The position numbers and the translations under genes were made by a program. Below are positions 63,684 to 64,000 of a stretch of 64,000 bases of DNA, one piece after another. The notes under the pieces are model-generated. The model saw only the letters and a program-made list of their open reading frames with translations. It was not told the origin of the DNA and did no database searches. This stretch comes from Candidatus Babeliales bacterium (lineage in GTDB: Bacteria; Babelota; Babeliae; Babelales; JBFXEV01): positions 1,539,577-1,603,576 of the forward strand of contig OY970310.1 in the NCBI GenBank assembly GCA_963716425.1, read 5' to 3'. Within the stretch, counting starts at the first letter, position 1. Each line of letters starts with the position of its first letter.

Positions 63684-64000
63684 TTACTTCTTAAAAATCT
63701 CATCTTTTTTCATGAGTAATGGCCTTGCATCATAGAATAGTTCAATGCGAGCAATAAATCCATTTTCAAATTTTAAGTAAGAGGCTGATCTGAAAACACC
63801 TATTGGTGCGGGGCAGTCCAAGTATATTACAAGGATTGCTTCTTTATCATCACCATGCACAGCTTTAATATCCAGCGATTTAAAAACAGCCATGAGGCCT
63901 TTACTTGCATTAATAACTGCTTCTTTGCCATGCAGGGTGGCTAGCGGGCTGATAAGTTCAACATCTCTATGGAGAAATTGCCCTATGCCTACCACATCTT
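63684..64000 (-). CDS. hypothetical protein, possibly SnoaL/NTF2-like fold (5' end outside window)
   Basis: The ORF is open to the window edge; the C-terminus reads ...SASYLKFENGFIARIELFYDARPL. The fold guess is weak. Confidence 0.35.
   Translation of the reverse strand, partial: DVVGIGQFLHRDVELISPLATLHGKEAVINASKGLMAVFKSLDIKAVHGDDKEAILVIYLDCPAPIGVFRSASYLKFENGFIARIELFYDARPLLMKKDEIFKK

Overview
This is a moderately AT-rich bacterial chromosomal window from a diderm. Housekeeping genes are interleaved with a large load of predicted secreted proteins. All family calls come from motif recognition by eye, with no database search.

Recognisable core genes are dprA, rpmF, gltX, acpP, uppP, ftsK, murF, rsmH, spoVG, tRNA-Gln(UUG), maf, htpX with a MerR/HspR-like regulator, ychF and dnaK. 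Two further core genes, lepA and gyrA, are clearly recognisable but are broken by several 1-nt indels and one in-frame stop. Every other long gene in the window is intact.

The accessory content stands out in four ways:
- Five paralogous ~500-570 aa outer-membrane-type proteins of a family I cannot name lie at 18.8-29.6 kb. A BNR/Asp-box propeller protein is embedded in the array and a small Cys-rich secreted protein sits beside it.
- There are nine ankyrin-repeat genes. Five are consecutive at 56.4-61.7 kb, and a tandem pair has one decaying copy.
- There is a 720 aa parallel beta-helix protein and a tandem pair of secreted CxxC proteins.
- A 763 aa secreted protein carries a poly-proline tract followed by a WH2-like motif.

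The most striking pattern is at the end of the leader peptide. Sixteen leader-bearing proteins share the same junction, a small residue, then Met, then usually Glu/Asp/Gln ('xAME').

Other oddities are:
- a FabD-like protein lacking the catalytic Ser, next to an intact acpP
- a dispersed GC-rich REP-like repeat family (core GCTCATCC[CT]GAG)
- a 1.4 kb non-coding region with a C-depleted TA-rich tract
- a duplicated SDR gene 3' end bracketing an ankyrin gene

No CRISPR array, rRNA, transposase or integrase was seen. The gene content resembles that of a host-associated, possibly protist-associated, intracellular bacterium. That reading is an inference, not an identification.
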